This document shows positions 1-18,389 of a stretch of 64,000 bases of DNA, one piece after another (position 1 is the stretch's first letter; each line of letters starts with the position of its first letter). The DNA is taken from NCBI GenBank assembly GCA_028534125.1, contig CM052817.1, positions 94,304,001 through 94,368,000 on the forward strand, given 5' to 3'. A program made the translations under genes and the position numbers. Under the pieces are notes generated by a model. That model saw nothing but the letters and a program-made list of their open reading frames with translations, did not search any database and had not been told where the DNA came from. The stretch is from Lama glama (taxonomy: Eukaryota).

Positions 1-972
1 CACTGTCACCATGTGCCTTCCTGATAGCAAATTGGGCTTCAGTTTTTACAATGGTGTGATTTTTACAAATTACATTTTTCTTTAAAAAACACATAGCTTT
101 TGCAATACTATTTTTGATTGCCTCGTGTTTACTTTGCTAGATGTTTTGTAATTAATTCTAAAACTGACATTTTAAACATTTTTAGGGAATGAAATGTTGA
201 GTAACTGGTTTCTGTTTATTGAGCTTTTGTCTTGTTTCTCCTTTTTTTAACCAAACTATTATTAGTGTGTCCATAAGTCTGTTACATAAAGGCTCTAGAT
301 TTCCATTTTCGTTTGTTTTTATGAAAACTTGATTTCAAGCATCTTAAATTGTTTTTGGTTTAAATTCATCCAAACTCATTCAAAGCAGCAAATGTTAGAT
401 ATGAAAGCAAGAAGTGGTATTAAGACCTGCATTGGGTAAATGAATATTTCATGAACTTAATAGATGTTTTTCAAGTGGGATACCATTTTAAAATTTGACA
501 CAGCCCAACTGATAAATGACCAATGGATTTCCCCCCTTCTGAATAAATTCACTTGTATTGCTCAGTGTCTTGATTTTTTTGATATTTTTTCGTCAACTGA
601 ATTGAAGTATAATTGACACACGATAGTTTTAAGTTTGTAATTCAGTGAGTTTTGGTAGATACATACAGTCATTTAACGATTTTCAGTCAGTATGTAACAG
701 TTCTGTCATCCGCAAACCTTTTCTCCTGCTCTCATCCCCTTGCCACTTCAGATCCGTTTTCTGAAAAATCACTACTTAGAATTTCATATCAGTCAGATCC
801 TGTAGTATATATATTTTTTAAGTTCGGCTTCTTTCACTTAGTGTAGTGCTTCTGAAACTCATCTATCAATCAGTATCAGTGGTTTCTTTTTATTGTTGAG
901 TTTGTTATATGGAGGCATGCTGAAACTTTGATTTCTCAAGTTGTATTACTATTCTGATAAACTGTATTTTAA

Positions 973-1152
<180 letters not shown>

Positions 1153-3302
1153 TGAGTAATAGTCAATACTTAATAGTTCAGCCAAATTTATTTTTGATAA
1201 TCTTCATTACAAGCATAAAACCACTTTATTAAAAAAAATTATTTTAGTGCTGTTATTTGGTCCCAGTTGGCTTGGCAGAATGTAACCATACATATATAAA
1301 TAAATAAAAATATGCATAATGCTTTAATTTTATATTAACTGAGTAGGGAATTCAGATGTTATCCACTCCTTGGAGTGGAAACAACTGCAGAGGTTAGGTG
1401 GCCTGTTTAACATCACCTAGAAGGAGTTAGAATAATCCGAGTTTGAATTTAGATTTGACTTGGAGCGTGCTCTAGTCTCCTAAACCACATACACACATTG
1501 AGGGTATTGCTTTTATCTGAAGTCTGTACTGGTGTGGATGTTGCGATCATTTATACCACAGCTGTTTGTTTAAATTTTTTGTTATATACTTAGTTGGCTT
1601 TATATATATCAAAGTATCAGGTTATATGCCATCATTATATGTTGGTTCAAAGTGTGTAAAGTCTTATATGTTGAATTTATAAATTTTTTTTTTAAATTTG
1701 TGCTGGTTGTATAACTAAGATGTTTAGGTAACAATAATTAATAAATTTAGGGCAATCTTGGCTCCATGGAATGGCTAATTCCCAAAGTGAAAAATGAAAT
1801 GTGACCAGTAATTAAAATATGCATGGTTATCTAAAAGAGGAAATTGCAAACTGTTATCAACACTATTAAATTTACTACATGATATACAGAAACATGGAGG
1901 TATGAGCTCTGTCTCTAAGGGATTATCATCCAAAAAGCATTTTACCTTAATTTTACTTGGAATATGCTACTGTACTAATGTATCTTACTGCTTAATTATT
2001 GTGTGTAACCAAAGTGCTTTTGTTTTAATATGTATGAAACTTTTCATAAGAGAACTTTGCACTTCACATATATTTAAATTGTTCTGACTTGAGAAGTTTG
2101 CAGCTATTTAAGTAGCATCAGTCTCATGCTCCAGAAATGCGAACTAGTATTATAGATTTTGTTATGGGGTAGTCAGTATAATGTTACGAAAAGAAACACT
2201 TCTATTAAGATCCTATAAAATAAAGATACTGTGTAGCAAATACATAAACAATTGTTCAGTTTGATCTTACTGGTGTTATTGAAAAAAAGGAGTCTTGGGT
2301 TAAAAGATTTCTTCTCTAACCTTCAGACCATCTTAAATAGAAAGTTAGCTTAAGCAAAGTAATTAGGGTGTTTGTACTGCCCTGTCCTTTGGTATAAGGA
2401 TGTGGATGATCTCTTTTCCCTTTACCTCATCTAGTTAAATTGAGTGATGCTTCCCTTTGAAGTAATAAAGCATATTCCATCTTTTATCTTCAGTTTTAAC
2501 AGCCACAATAATCAACTATCTTGCTATTGTGAAGATTTTATTTTAAAAAAAAACAACAAAGTTCTCTCAGTTTATGGAGACTAACTTGAGGTAGGGTAGA
2601 TCTTTGCACAAAATTTCACAGGGTTGGAAGACAGAGAAGCACAAAAAATAACACTTAAACTAAGACATTCTCATTAGAAGCACATAAAACAGGCAAGAAT
2701 ATCTTTGCATTTTTATTGCCTTGTCCTGCATTTCTGAGGAATGTTTCTCTGTCTGGGAAGGCTGGTTATCTTTATCCACCAACCATGTAGTTTTCATAGA
2801 AATAAAGTAATAAATTAGATTTAGAGGTCACAAGAGTAGAATAATCTACTGTTTTGTAATTTAAATGAAAATATTTGTTGAAAGTATGAAGGTATAATTG
2901 GAAACTCGAGAATTGGGGAGTAGGTAGTTTTATTAACTTGAGTCCTTGAGATTAAGTCCTTTAAGATTAATGTAACTTCAGAAAATTAGTTTCTAAGAAG
3001 GTGTATCTGACTCTAAGGATGTAGAATTTCGGCATGTGTATTTAAGAAGCTTTGAGTAATTCTGATGAATCTCTGGTTAAGGGTCATTACCCAGCCCTGA
3101 GTCTCTTATTTCTGCATATTCTGGAGCTTTTGATGAAAGTTGTAGTTTTTAAAATGTGATTTCTGAAACTATTTTGGGGTGGGAGCCAAAATACTTAAAA
3201 AGTAACTTTAAAATGCAAATTATGAGGTTTTTCTGATTGCATAGTTCCTTAAAATTAAAATTATCACATTTAAGTTTATCAGATTAACCTAAGATACTGT
3301 TG

Positions 3303-3473
3303 TTTGTTTTAAGTAAAGGTAGATTTATCTAGAGAGGTACATAGGCTGTTTCAGAAAGCAAGAGAAAGGCCCCAGGGTGTAGGGGTTGAGTGCTCAGGTT
3401 AAAGTAAAAGTAGATACACACTCCATAGACAGTGCGGGCCATCTCCGAAGACGAGGGAGCAAGAGAGGAGGCC
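3303..3473 (-). mobile_element. Retroposed ERV-LTR fragment with A-rich tail
   Basis: LTR-like sequence (agatacacactccatagacagtgcgggccatctc) ending in an A-rich tail on the minus strand; imperfect TSD gatactgttg/tattctgttg. Confidence 0.5.
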
Positions 3474-3678
3474 TATTCTGTTGAAATATGTATATTTTAG
3501 AAAACCATGTAAAGCATTTCAGGTTAAATTTCACTAGTAATTTCTACTATTTTTTTTAAGTCTTAATTTATGTGCCTGTTTAAAAAAAAATCCTTGAATC
3601 ATCTTGGCCAGCCTTTTGACTATTATGTTGAAATAGTAGCTGGTAGTTAAAATTAAAGGCAAAACTCAAATCACTTGA

Positions 3679-3831
<153 letters not shown>

Positions 3832-5256
3832 TGAAAATCCCCTTTTGAGACATCCTTTAGTTACTGTTTTGGATTTGTCTTGGCTGTTAACTTATAAAGG
3901 GAATTTTTAGTAGTCTTTTGAAATTTATTGTGAAATGAACAAGATTTTTTTGGATGGAAATTATTGTATATTAGTATGATAGTAGCGCTATATTTCAAAG
4001 GAGTGTGAAATGCCATTGTGCTTATTGTTGCCCAGATGTACATGCAAGACTAGGCTTTTGCTTTATATTTGCCCCAGATAAGAAAACTATTGTGTAAAAA
4101 AAGGCACTTCATAAAGACTTCTTTACTTATCTCCTGATTTTGTATTTGTTTTAAATTTTCTCCCCAAATGTACTTGTTATTAATGGTTTTCCAAAAGAAA
4201 ACCTGGTTTTAACCAGGTTTAAGTTTTACCTACAAAAAAATCTTGATTGGTGACACATTTGTCTTTACTGAAGCCTAGCATTTTTTCTTTCCAACCTCCT
4301 TTCTCTGTTTCACTTGATGACAAGTTTCTGTGAGCACAGTGGTTATAAGCAAAAAAATTTACAATGGTCAATAATTTTGGATTTGTTATTTAATTAACTG
4401 AAAAACCTTGAACTCTTAGCAAACTACTTCAGAGAAGACAGGATCTGGTTAGAGATTCAGCAGTCTGTTTAAAGTGTGTACCTTCAGATTTTTTTGGCTG
4501 CAGAGTACCCAGTTTCCATTTCTTCATGAAGCTAGAGGCCAGAGCCAGATAGCTGGTATAAGGGGGAGGAAAGGAAATTTGAATTATTTTGGGCTACCTC
4601 TTACATTCCTACACTGTAACTGGTTTTCCCAGCATTGATTAGCTTTTCATCCCAAAGCAGTGTTTTTGAAAAGGGGATGGAATATAGAATGTACTTTTTT
4701 TTAAAGTTGGGTTTATTGTGATCCATATACTCAGTAATTATTCTGGGATGGAGAATACTACAGTAAACCCTGAAAGAGAGATTGTCTCTCCTTATAGGAC
4801 CTATTGGTAAAGTAACTTGTAGAAGGGTAAAAGAAAAACAATCTCTTAATTCCAGTTTCCCCTTTATTAGGAGAAAAACAGTCCCCAGAGAACCTCTGTT
4901 TGGGTCATCAGAGAAGGTGAAAATGCTTGGCTAGAAACACTTGAAACACATTAAAAAAGGGAATAAAGAGGCCAAAGAGTCTCTAGGAGCAATAAATGGG
5001 GAACAGGAAATGAGTGATGTGGGGTACTCTGATGCCTACAGTCATGTTTCCTGTACTCTGTGTTGTCTTCCATACCCATCTGCTCCTTCTCCACTAGGCC
5101 ATAGCAGCTACCTCTAGTGCCTTGGAACTTGGAGAATTCCCATTCTTAAAACCTAGTAAAGAAAATAAAGTCAGAATTAGCATGTGTGTGTAAGGCTAAG
5201 TTAAACCTCTGAGAATCAAATGAATGGGGCTGCCCACCTGTATTTCTTGTCTTTAA

Positions 5257-5400
<144 letters not shown>

Positions 5401-6173
5401 TAGCTTTTTAGAAAAAAAAAATTTTTTTGTGATTTAAAACCTTGTATATCATGAGATTTATAAAGGTTAAGGCTTATAACATATAGTTTTATTGACTATA
5501 TTCTAAAACTGTTAGCAAACTAATCTTCCGTCAGACTGGAGTAAGCTCTCTTTAGTTGCCTAAGCGTGATCTGTACTTAATTATTATTTATGAAAGTGTA
5601 ATAAACTAAAAATTGATACATTTGGAGAAACTTGCCTTCGGTTGACTTTTATAATATGATTTAGCCATCTCCCCCCACTTCTGTAAAACACAGGTAGGGC
5701 CAGTTGAATGTCATCAATAAATATTTTCTCCATGATGGCAGCTTGTACAGTTCTATCTCATAAAACGTTATATCTTGTTTACTACTTACTAGTTATGTAG
5801 TATTCACTACATAAGTTTCACTACATAACTTTAAGTTTCCCTGTAACTATAGTGCTAAAACAATTGCTTGGAGAAAGTATGAAGTCTAAAGAAATAGGTT
5901 TCAATTCTAGCTCTGCTGGGTGACCTTGGAAAAGTCAATTCAAACATCTGGGCCTTACAGAGATGGTAGTAGTACCTCCTTCAAAAGGCATTCAAAGACA
6001 TCTTATGAAGGTTAAATGACATAACACTCATAGTCTTGACACGTAGCAAGTTCTCACCATTTGTTAGCTATACATGTAGCTTTTCTTTAAAATGTTTCTG
6101 TATATTCAGGAAGTATAAATATAGAAGTCTGTTTTATTTTTGTTTTTCATTGCTTTGCGGTTATTTCTTTTAG

Positions 6174-6425
<252 letters not shown>

Positions 6426-7417
6426 TAGAGGAGGGATTAGAGAAAGGGTCCAGTAATAAACAGTCTTCACAAATATGTTAACTCATACTGGGGAAAAGGA
6501 ATTGTAGACTATAGAAAGCTGTAAGAGTATAGTTCATTTTTCCTGCTTTTTGGGGATGGTTATAAAATAAAAGGCTGTGTTCCCATTCTAGAAGTATTTT
6601 CTTACTTTAAAGGAAGTTTTGAGTTTGTGAGGTGGTTGGAAGTTTGAGAAGCCAGATTTTTAGATTGATGTGTATAAATGGTTGTAGTCACAGAATAGTA
6701 ATTTGTAATGGTAAATAGTAAAAATAATTAGTAATTTGGTGGGTTGATATGATATCTCTTGAAATCAGTCAAAATATTGTCAATTGTCACATTCTTTTTA
6801 GAAGAAGATACAGAAATAACAATGACACTTAAGAATATAAAGTTCAGATTTTAAAATGTACTTGTACTGTATTGAAAGATTTTTAAATGTACTCATACAG
6901 TATGTGACTATGTACTTAATTTCGTTTTCCCTTCATTCAGCTATCAGTGATGATTCTAGGTTTCTTTTCTCCCTCAATAGATACTTCGGGTATTTTAAGT
7001 TACCAAATTGCTTTTTTTTGCTTTGAAACTCAATTTTTGAACTAGTCTTTGCTTTAGTTTCCTCACCTGTAAAATGAGATAATAGCAATGTCTTACTAGA
7101 TCTGTAAACATGAAAGGAATGAAATGCTTACTGCAAATTAGCCTTTAGTCCATAATATCTTCATGTCAGGAAACTATCCTTTGCCTAGACAGCTGTGTCA
7201 AATGAATTTCAGCACCTAGGGGAATCAAGGAAAGAAGACATTTAAGAATTAGTCTATTGAATTTTGCCAGTTACTTCTTACACATAAGATTACTGAAGTT
7301 AATTTGAGCTGGTTCTCACTGCTTGCATACCATAGCTATAACTCAATTTCTTTTTAATATTCTCATCCCTTTCACATTGAATTACATCCTTGTCATCAGT
7401 AAATTTAATGTATTTAA

Positions 7418-7609
<192 letters not shown>

Positions 7610-7686
7610 TGATATTTAGATGTGAAAATCATTTGTGCCTTCATTTAAAATTTGATCAATATGCATAATATTCATTCTAATGGTGA

Positions 7687-8312
<626 letters not shown>

Positions 8313-9163
8313 AGAATTGGCCTGCCTTTAAGCACTGCTTGAGATGATAATTTATTTTTCACACTTTCAGGTAGTTATCCTAGTGTAATCTACCAGGTTT
8401 AGTATGCATTCTGACAGTTTACTTTTGTGCCTTTCAATTTTAATCTCATTTTATAAATCATGGTTTGTTCTCTCTAGAATGTCATAGATTCCCTTTCTTC
8501 TTTGATGGTCATGTTGGCCTGACATTGTTTCTGGCTCTAGATGGACTGCTTATGTTCTTAAGGTGGTGATCAGGGTAGTCCCCAGGTGAATTTGTATACT
8601 TCATGTTGCCTGTGTTTTAAGTCCCCAGGGATGGCCTCTCCCCAAGATGGCCTTCAAGTTTGGTGAAATCTGTCTAGCCATTCTTTTTTATGGTCCAGCA
8701 AACACAGAACCTAATCTTTACCTTTGATAAATTATTTCCAGTGATAGAAATGGTTAATTAGCTATTTGACCTATTGATTGTACTTAGGAATATAATATGT
8801 ATTATGTTGAGAGTCTGTGCTGTTCGTAATTTCAGTTTTTTGTTGGACTCGAGTTCATTTTTGAACCTTTGCTCCCATTGTTGTAGTGTGTGTGTGGCTT
8901 TGAAGAGCATATTCCAGTAAGTCCCAAAAAGGTGTTAATTTTGCCATGTTATGTTATGTTAAGGATCATTTTTAAGAGTAGAGAAATTTGTGTTCTTGAA
9001 AGACATTTAATCAGTGTCTGCAAGCTACTTTATTTCTGCTTTTACGTATTTTTTTTGAGATAATTTCTTACATTGACACTTGTATTTGTTTAATACTTAC
9101 TGTTAAAGCTTTGTTTTGATTAACATATGAATTCTAAGATTATGTTTACTAACAAAGCAAATA

Positions 9164-9348
9164 CAGTTGACCCTTGAACAACACAAGTTTGAACTAGACA
9201 GGTCCATTTACATGTAGATTTTTTTTTCATTAGTAAATACTACAGTACTGTGTGATGTGCAGTTGGAGGACTGACTAAATTATAGGTGGATTTTCAGCTG
9301 CGTGGAGTGTTGGTGCTCCTAACCTCTGCATTGTTAAAGGGTCAGCTG
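9164..9348. mobile_element. Tigger2/MER8-like non-autonomous DNA transposon
   Basis: TIRs cagttgacccttgaacaa...ttgttaaagggtcagctg, TA on the left flank. Confidence 0.8.
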
Positions 9349-9863
9349 CATATAATTAATACGCTAAAGAAGTAAGGATAGGGAAACTGTCCTTGTTCAT
9401 ATCCTACCCAAATATAATAAAATGCTGGTAATCTCAATTTCACTTTTAGTAGGTTTAATTAAAAGTGACATTGCTCTGGAAACTTTGTATTTGAGTAGTG
9501 TGAGTGATCTTCGAGAATAAACTGAAGTGATTTTAATGTTTAAGCTTTTCTGAAACTGAAGGATTTTTTTTTTAAGAATATTGATTTTCTAATTCTATAA
9601 ATCTTGATTTCCAACTGTTTTCTTTTCTCTCTGAAACTTGTCACCTTGACTTTTTTTGAGAAAAATGTTTAGGAGGTAACATGATTCTCAAACTAGTTCT
9701 AAAATTAATTGCTGACAGCACACGTGAAAAAGAAGGAATTGAACTAAATGATTGTTACCTTTCATTAATTTTAGAAATCCTTTTTACATGCTGTATAACT
9801 AGCATAATAGGGTATTTGTAGCTAATATGATCTCTGATCTTAATATATTTTTTGTTAATCTAG

Positions 9864-9932
9864 GACTTTGATTCCTGGTTTGATACGAACAATTGCCTTG
9901 GGGATCAAAAGCTAGTTGAAAGGCTTCATATG
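9864..9932 (+). CDS. SMARCA5: SMARCA5 exon 9
   Basis: DFDSWFDTNNCLGDQKLVERLHM; AG/GT, 69 nt. Confidence 0.96.
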
Positions 9933-11132
9933 GTAAGTATTTTGGAGTAGGGTTAAAGAGCATGTTTCTAATGGGAAAAATTATACAGTTTTAAGTTAGT
10001 GGATTATTATTCTGTTTACAAAAAAACAGTGGCTTTGATCTGTTTGAATCCTGCCCACATAACTGCTTGATTTTCTGATGGGGGGAGTGGGTAATGTATG
10101 GCAGTTTTGCCTTAGAACCAAGGGTGGAATCCTAACTTATTGAAGGGAAAAAGTAATCCCTTAGGGTTAAAAAAAAAAAAAAGTTCAGTGGGGGAAAGAA
10201 GAGTTACATAAGGACTTAAAACAGACAAGTTTTTAAAGCTTATTTCCATTTACATTCCATAGAAGAATCTAACAGGTATTCTGAAAGGCTAAAGATCTCT
10301 CCGTTGTTCTTAAATCCAGTAACTATAAAAGCAACTGCAAATAGTGCATTGGAAGTAGAGTTGATATGTTTTTACTGTGAAATATGGCTTTGTTCCTTCC
10401 TATGAAGAGTCACAAGTAGAAGTTGGTAGGAAGATAGAAATTCCTCTTAACAGACCCCAGCTTATGATACTCTGGCCAGCAAGATAAAGCATGTAAGCAT
10501 GACATACAAGGTCTTTCATGACCTAACTTGGGGTTTAATATGTTTGTGATGATTGTATTTTTATAAGCCAGTATAAATAGAACAAAATAAAAGGATATCT
10601 TTAGCTTTATAGATACAATGTTGTGTAAAAGAAACCAGATATAAATGGCCAAAAACTGTATGAGTCTATATAACATTCAAAACAGGCAAAATTAGTTTAT
10701 GATGTTACAAAGTAAAAACATTGCTTACCTGTGGGGAGAAAAAAAGGGGATCGTCACTGAGAAGGTTATAGAACGATTTATGGGATGTTCTATTTAGGAG
10801 ATGGTTACATGAGTATGTTTACTTAATTAAAATGTATTGAACTATATAGTCATGATTTGTGTACTTTATGTTTGGTGTATTTCCATAAGAAAAAGATTGT
10901 AAATTTAAAGACTATAACCATGAAGACATCTTAATGTGGACCTAGCCATTTCTTAAGCAATCTTAGTCTACATTCAGGTAACTAGTTTTAATCCTGAAAG
11001 GCAGTGAATGTTGAAAATACCATCTTTAAAATGTGCTATTTTAATATTTTATGAACTGTATCAAGTATATAGTTATATATATTGAATAAATAATCATCCT
11101 AATATTACTCTTTAGAAAATCAGTAATAATAA

Positions 11133-11411
<279 letters not shown>

Positions 11412-12551
11412 TGAAATCACTCTTGATTCTTTGCTAACTTTGGTTTATATTTTGTTTATCTAATTTGTGTTTTCAAGGAATTCTGTTTGATGGATTGAAC
11501 TCAGTCAAAATTGAAAGAACAAGGTACCTAGTTTTCAGAGGAGGGGAATAAGTAGCTATCCTGTTCTTTACTGGTTATACAACAGCTCAAGTATATTCAG
11601 TTCCATACTTAATACTGATAAGTATTTGCAAGGGGCTGGAGTTGTTGATCAGAGGACAGAAAGGATATACAGCAAAGAAATGGGCATGTATCTGGAAAAG
11701 GGATGACCACTGTAGAAGTTAGGCCATCCGAAATGTCCTCAAAACTTTTGAAAGGTTTTTATAGGGTAGGAAAGATGTTAGGCTTGTCCTGAATGGCTCT
11801 CAAATATAGAATTAAGACGAGTCAATGCTGAGGAGAGAAATCTTTTTTAGTTATAAAACATTGGTGAACTTAGTATCAGTTAGAATTGTGATGGAAAGGT
11901 CTGACTTGTGCCCTGTAATTTGAATTGTTAAGCATAAATGGCTTAGGTTATTTAAGTTATTTTGCTCAGAGGATTCTAGGTCCTGAAACTTTGGTGTTTA
12001 GACAGATTGCTCTTTCTTTTAGGATAATATCTAACTTCTTAGTATACATTCAAGGCTTTTTATAATCCAGCCTTAGCTTAACTGCCCCACTACTCTATGT
12101 GCTTTTACTTATATTTAAATCTCATTGTATTCATCTTATTTTCATCATCATGCCTTATACTGTCATGATTTTTTTCCGTCCTTAGATCTTAATGTCCTTA
12201 CCCAGATGCTACACTAGTTACATTGAATAATAATGGAATAGTGGTACTCTTCTGTCGGAAAGACTACAAATTAAAATTATGTTTAGAACTTACATTTAAG
12301 TTTTGCTTTATTACTTATAAATGTTGTATCATACTGTTTCATTCTGTTTCAATTTATCCCAAGGAGATGAATTTAATTTGGGGGACCTCAAGGCCCAAAG
12401 CATTAAATGTGAACATTAGAACATGGGGGCAAGAAAGAAAAACAGAAGAAAAAAGAAAGAGGTTATAGGTGATAGACTCCCAACCACACCTTAGAAATTG
12501 ATGGGTTGTTTCTTACAGGTATTTTTGGGTTGAGATGGGGGAGGGGATTAA

Positions 12552-12911
<360 letters not shown>

Positions 12912-14259
12912 TGAGCAAGTGTTGCACAATGAAATGACTACTCTGGTACATTTAATAACTTTTGTCCATTGTATGAGCTCCACTTGTCCCCCAATTTTAA
13001 GCCTTACAACTTTTAGAAGGTGATTGGTTGTCAGGGCAGCCACACTCCCTTGATTTTGGGGAAGAGTTTTCATTTTATACATGCTTTCCAAGAAACATCA
13101 ACTTCTTGTTATAAAATGACGAGGTTGATCTTTCTACCCATACGCAGTTCCCAGAGCCTTTGAGAGACGGTGGTGTGTTCACAGTAGTTTATTTATAATG
13201 TGCTGGGGTTTTATATGAAATTAAGCATGTGTACAGATACTTAAATCACAGAACTATGAAGAGAATTCAGTATGAAGCCAGCTTTAGCAATTACAAACTC
13301 ATGGCAAAACTTGTTTTCATCCATAGTGTTTACCTGATTTCTTCCTCCCAGATTATTTTGAACCTAATCCCAGATATCAAGGCATTTCATACATAAATTA
13401 TTCATTCTGTAATATGAAGTATACAGTCAGGTTTTAAATTTCTCCATTTGTGTATCTTGGCCTATGAAAATTGTACCAGTAGATAAATCTCCTCTAGGAT
13501 ATTGACTTTTGAAAACATTGTAGGAGTTGTCAGTGAATTGGAATACTGTTCTTTCCCCTTTTTATACCGTGTTTTTTTTTGAAATGTATTTTCTAAAATA
13601 CTATACTTGAAAACTAACTAATTGAAGAAATTGAATATGTGGGGAGGAGTGGCAAGAACTTTGTAGGAGACTGCTGACCATCTGTTTGCAGTTAGGATAT
13701 GGGAAGGTGGGACAAGAGCAGATTACTGGTCTCAGCTTTTAAGACAAGATAATTTCATAATCATTATTTTTCAAAATGATCCCTTTGTCTTCATTCATCC
13801 TGCTTGAAGGCATTATGCAGCTGACTGAAGAAATGGACGGCAGTGGAGTAATTTGAGTCATGGCATAAGTGAAGGATGATCAGTTGTAGATGTGAGGCAC
13901 AGTTATGGTCCTTCCATGTGGAATGGGTCTCTGGGCCTGGACTGAGACCAGGGTATATTGGGTGTGTGTTGGGGGTTATGTGGGGCCATCCACAGGAAAG
14001 AGTTGTTGTGGTAGAAGGTTATTTTTAAGTAAATGTGATAAAAAGATAATGATTCTCTCAGCCTTTGGAATGGCAAGACCTCCCAGACCAGAGGCAAATG
14101 CTGTTTTCTGTTTCCCTTCGTGTGTTAAATAAGTTCTGCCCTTTCCTATTTGTGCCATGACTGGAAGCATGTGAGGAGTGACTGATTTGTATCATAAATA
14201 ATGTAGTTTGTTTTCTTATAACCAACTAGGTAACCTGGAACTAAGGGGTAATTGGTTAG

Positions 14260-14481
<222 letters not shown>

Positions 14482-14513
14482 TGAGGAGGGGAGATTTAAA
14501 AACTATCAGATAA

Positions 14514-14735
<222 letters not shown>

Positions 14736-16026
14736 TAACATGTTTTAGTTAGACTAAGCTAATAAACGGTCTATAAATGTCAGTGACTTAATCCAGTAGA
14801 ATTTTATTTTCTCTGACCTAATAGTTCAGTAAAAGTATTTTGCTGGTGATCTTCGATCTAAATCAGGGTATTTCCATCTTACAGCTTTGGCATATCTTTA
14901 GAGTCCTGTTATGTCCCTTGTATCCTGTTAGCAGAAAGGGGAGGAGAGAAAGCTGAGGATTGCCAGGACTTTTTTTTATGGGTCAGAACTGAAAGTGTGC
15001 TCACATTCATAGATCAGCACTCAGTCATAGCATAACTGACTGCAAGGGAACTGGTCAAGGATAGTACAGTTGTGTCCTAGGAGGAAACAGGTTTGGAGAG
15101 CTACTAACTTGCCTGTCACATTAGATGCTTAAAATTTAGGCCCATGTGTGGGAGTATCTTGTTCAGATAAGATTATTCTTACGTTGAGAAAATTTATGAC
15201 CTGTAAATTAATATGAAAATTTACAATTTCTTAAGTTTAATACTGCTAGTAACTTGGCCATATTATAAATCCAGCTGTTACATCTTTGGTGTTGGTCAGT
15301 TTCATGCTGTGACTCTTTGCAAGAGTGGCTGGGGAAAACTGATCAATTAGAAATGGGGGTGGTTTGTAGGAATGTCTTTTGTGACCTCGCCAGGAGTTAA
15401 ACAAAATGGAATTCAAATTAATTTGACTATTTGTATGTAGTGGTGTACTACTTAAAGACTAGGATTTTTATATTGTTTGTGGAGTTTGGTATTCATGTCA
15501 CTTCTTTCCCTGATAGCAATGAAAATTTAGATTTGATTTAGGTAGAAAAACATTTTAAATTTAAATCTAAGAAAAAGGATTTTTAAAACACTTTTTTTAG
15601 AATAGCTTTTTTTTTTTTTAATTCATTGATTGATTTTTTTAGTGGAGGTAGGTAGGTAGGTTTACTTACTTGTTTTTGGAGGTATATGCACGTGTTGCCT
15701 AGAGATGTTATGTGTTATGTGTATTTTTTCTCAATATAACATAGTAAAATGAATATGGTACTTTCTCACATATTGAGCAACTCTGATGTTTTCTATGCCT
15801 CCTTAAAGTTTTTACTGTGAAATAACCAATTAATTTGATTGAAACTGAGAAACTTTGAGAATTTAAGAAATGTTAATGGAGTATAAATCTATTTTAGTTT
15901 TTTTTTTTACATATTTAAAAGTTTTAAATTTGAGAATATTTAAATTTTGTTTCTCAGTGTACACATTCAGATGTTACTTACTGTGAATTTTTAACTGTAT
16001 TCAAAATCACATGATTGTTTTCCTAG

Positions 16027-16251
<225 letters not shown>

Positions 16252-18194
16252 TGAATCAAGCTGTCAGCCAACAATTTTATATTCCAGACTAATGTAAGCT
16301 TCAGTTTTGCTAAGCAGATGGGTTTGGGCTCAAGAAGGTTGAAATTTGAATATTGACTCCGCTAGTTAACTCTGAGCCTGTGTCTTCATCTGTTAAGTGG
16401 GGAGAACTTCTGTTTGGGATTTTTAAGGATTAAAGGGGCGACAATGTATATAGAACAGCCAGCATTCAGTGTAGTGCATGTTGAATAGAGCTGTGCTGAG
16501 TATGATTTACGTGTGCTGACACTCTGCTGATTACTGGGTGATAATGAAGAGATAAAAATAAAGCCATTCTTTTTTCTCGTCTGCAGCTGTTTAGTGAGCA
16601 CCAGCTGCCAGGCACTGTTTTTAGTGCTGAAAATACATTGGTGACCGAAACTAACCAATATTCTTACTTCAAGGTATAATTTAGTGAGAGCGAGACACAG
16701 AAACGTAAACAGGGCTAGATGGTGAGAGATTTTATTTTAGATTAACTGAAGGGAACTTCAAGTTGGTATGCCATATCAGCTTTCAAGACATTTTTGTTTT
16801 CATGAAGGAAGCTTAATGTTGCTGATGGGATATATAAAGTAAGAAAAGTGGGGCAGTGGGGTACCAGAAACCTCAATAACCTCAGGCCCACATCATAGGA
16901 TTCTTTTCTTTGCCAATTGCATCATGACCAGAGGTATTTTAGCTGTCTATAAAGCTAAGAGATATAAATTGTACATGGATAATTCTATTTGTGTGTCTTA
17001 GTTTTGTCAACCAGTTTCTTAATTTCCTTGTAAGGAAGGAAATGTTACATTTCTTTGATCTCTCATAATGCCAACCATAGAGTTAGCTGGGTGTCTGTAT
17101 ACGTAAAGACAATAAATGACTGCTTATTAGTTTTTATTAATAATTGCTTAACATAGAGGGCCTACTTTGTACCAGGCAGTGTGCTAAATATTTAAATACT
17201 GGATATTACCTTCTTTGGTCTTCATGCCAGCTTGAGGTTGGCATCAGAGTTAGAGGCAGGTCACCCGTCTGCTGTTTATACATCTAGAAGGTGACTCATC
17301 CAGGGGATCAAGAGGTCATTACAGTGAGAGATTTAATTAGGAAAGTTTCTGGGGACTTTTGGGGCCTGCTAAACAGTGAGGTTTCTCACAAGTGATGTAA
17401 TGGATGGTTTCCCGTACTCCCCCTGCCCACATATATGCCAGTCAAATAGCAAGCCCTGGGTGCATGCCTCCATGTTACTGTTTTGTGGGCTAAGGGACAT
17501 AATTAAAAATACGAGAATATGCACAAGTACTTTTTGTCTGAAAAACTCCCTTCATGTCCAACAGGGAAGTAATTTCTGTAAGCCTAAGAACATTGTAAAG
17601 CAGTGGGATAGCTTTTAAGAAACATGTTCTTTGGATATATCCTAACTTTGAAAGTCGGATATTTGGTGGTGCATCCCATTAGGGATCCAAAACCATGATA
17701 CAAGTATGTAGGATCTGAGAAAACAACTTACATCTTTAGCCAGTCATCACAAGTTGGTTGAAGTATAAAAATTGAAATATATTTGAGTGGCTCTTGAAGT
17801 TTGGCAATATGAAGGATTTTGTACTTTACTCTTCTAAGTAGAAAAAAGTTGATTTCGGAGTATTAGTAATAACATTAATATGTTTCTGCTTATCAGAAAA
17901 TTACCAGACTTTTAGTTTTTTATTCTGATTTTCAAATATCCCAAATTACTATTTATTCTCCTCATATAAGAATGTATTTTATTGAGATGATATTTAGTAG
18001 GCTAAATTAATATAAGCTTTAGAAATAATTCAAGGTTTACAATTTAGAATTTGGCATTTTATGCAAAAAATGAAAATTATCAGATGTGAATAAACAGATG
18101 ATTGATGTCTGAGGCAAAATTACATAATATTACATGTAACATTCAAAATTCCAAGTTTCCAGGAAACTAAAGTTCGATTAACATGACACAATAA

Positions 18195-18389
<195 letters not shown>

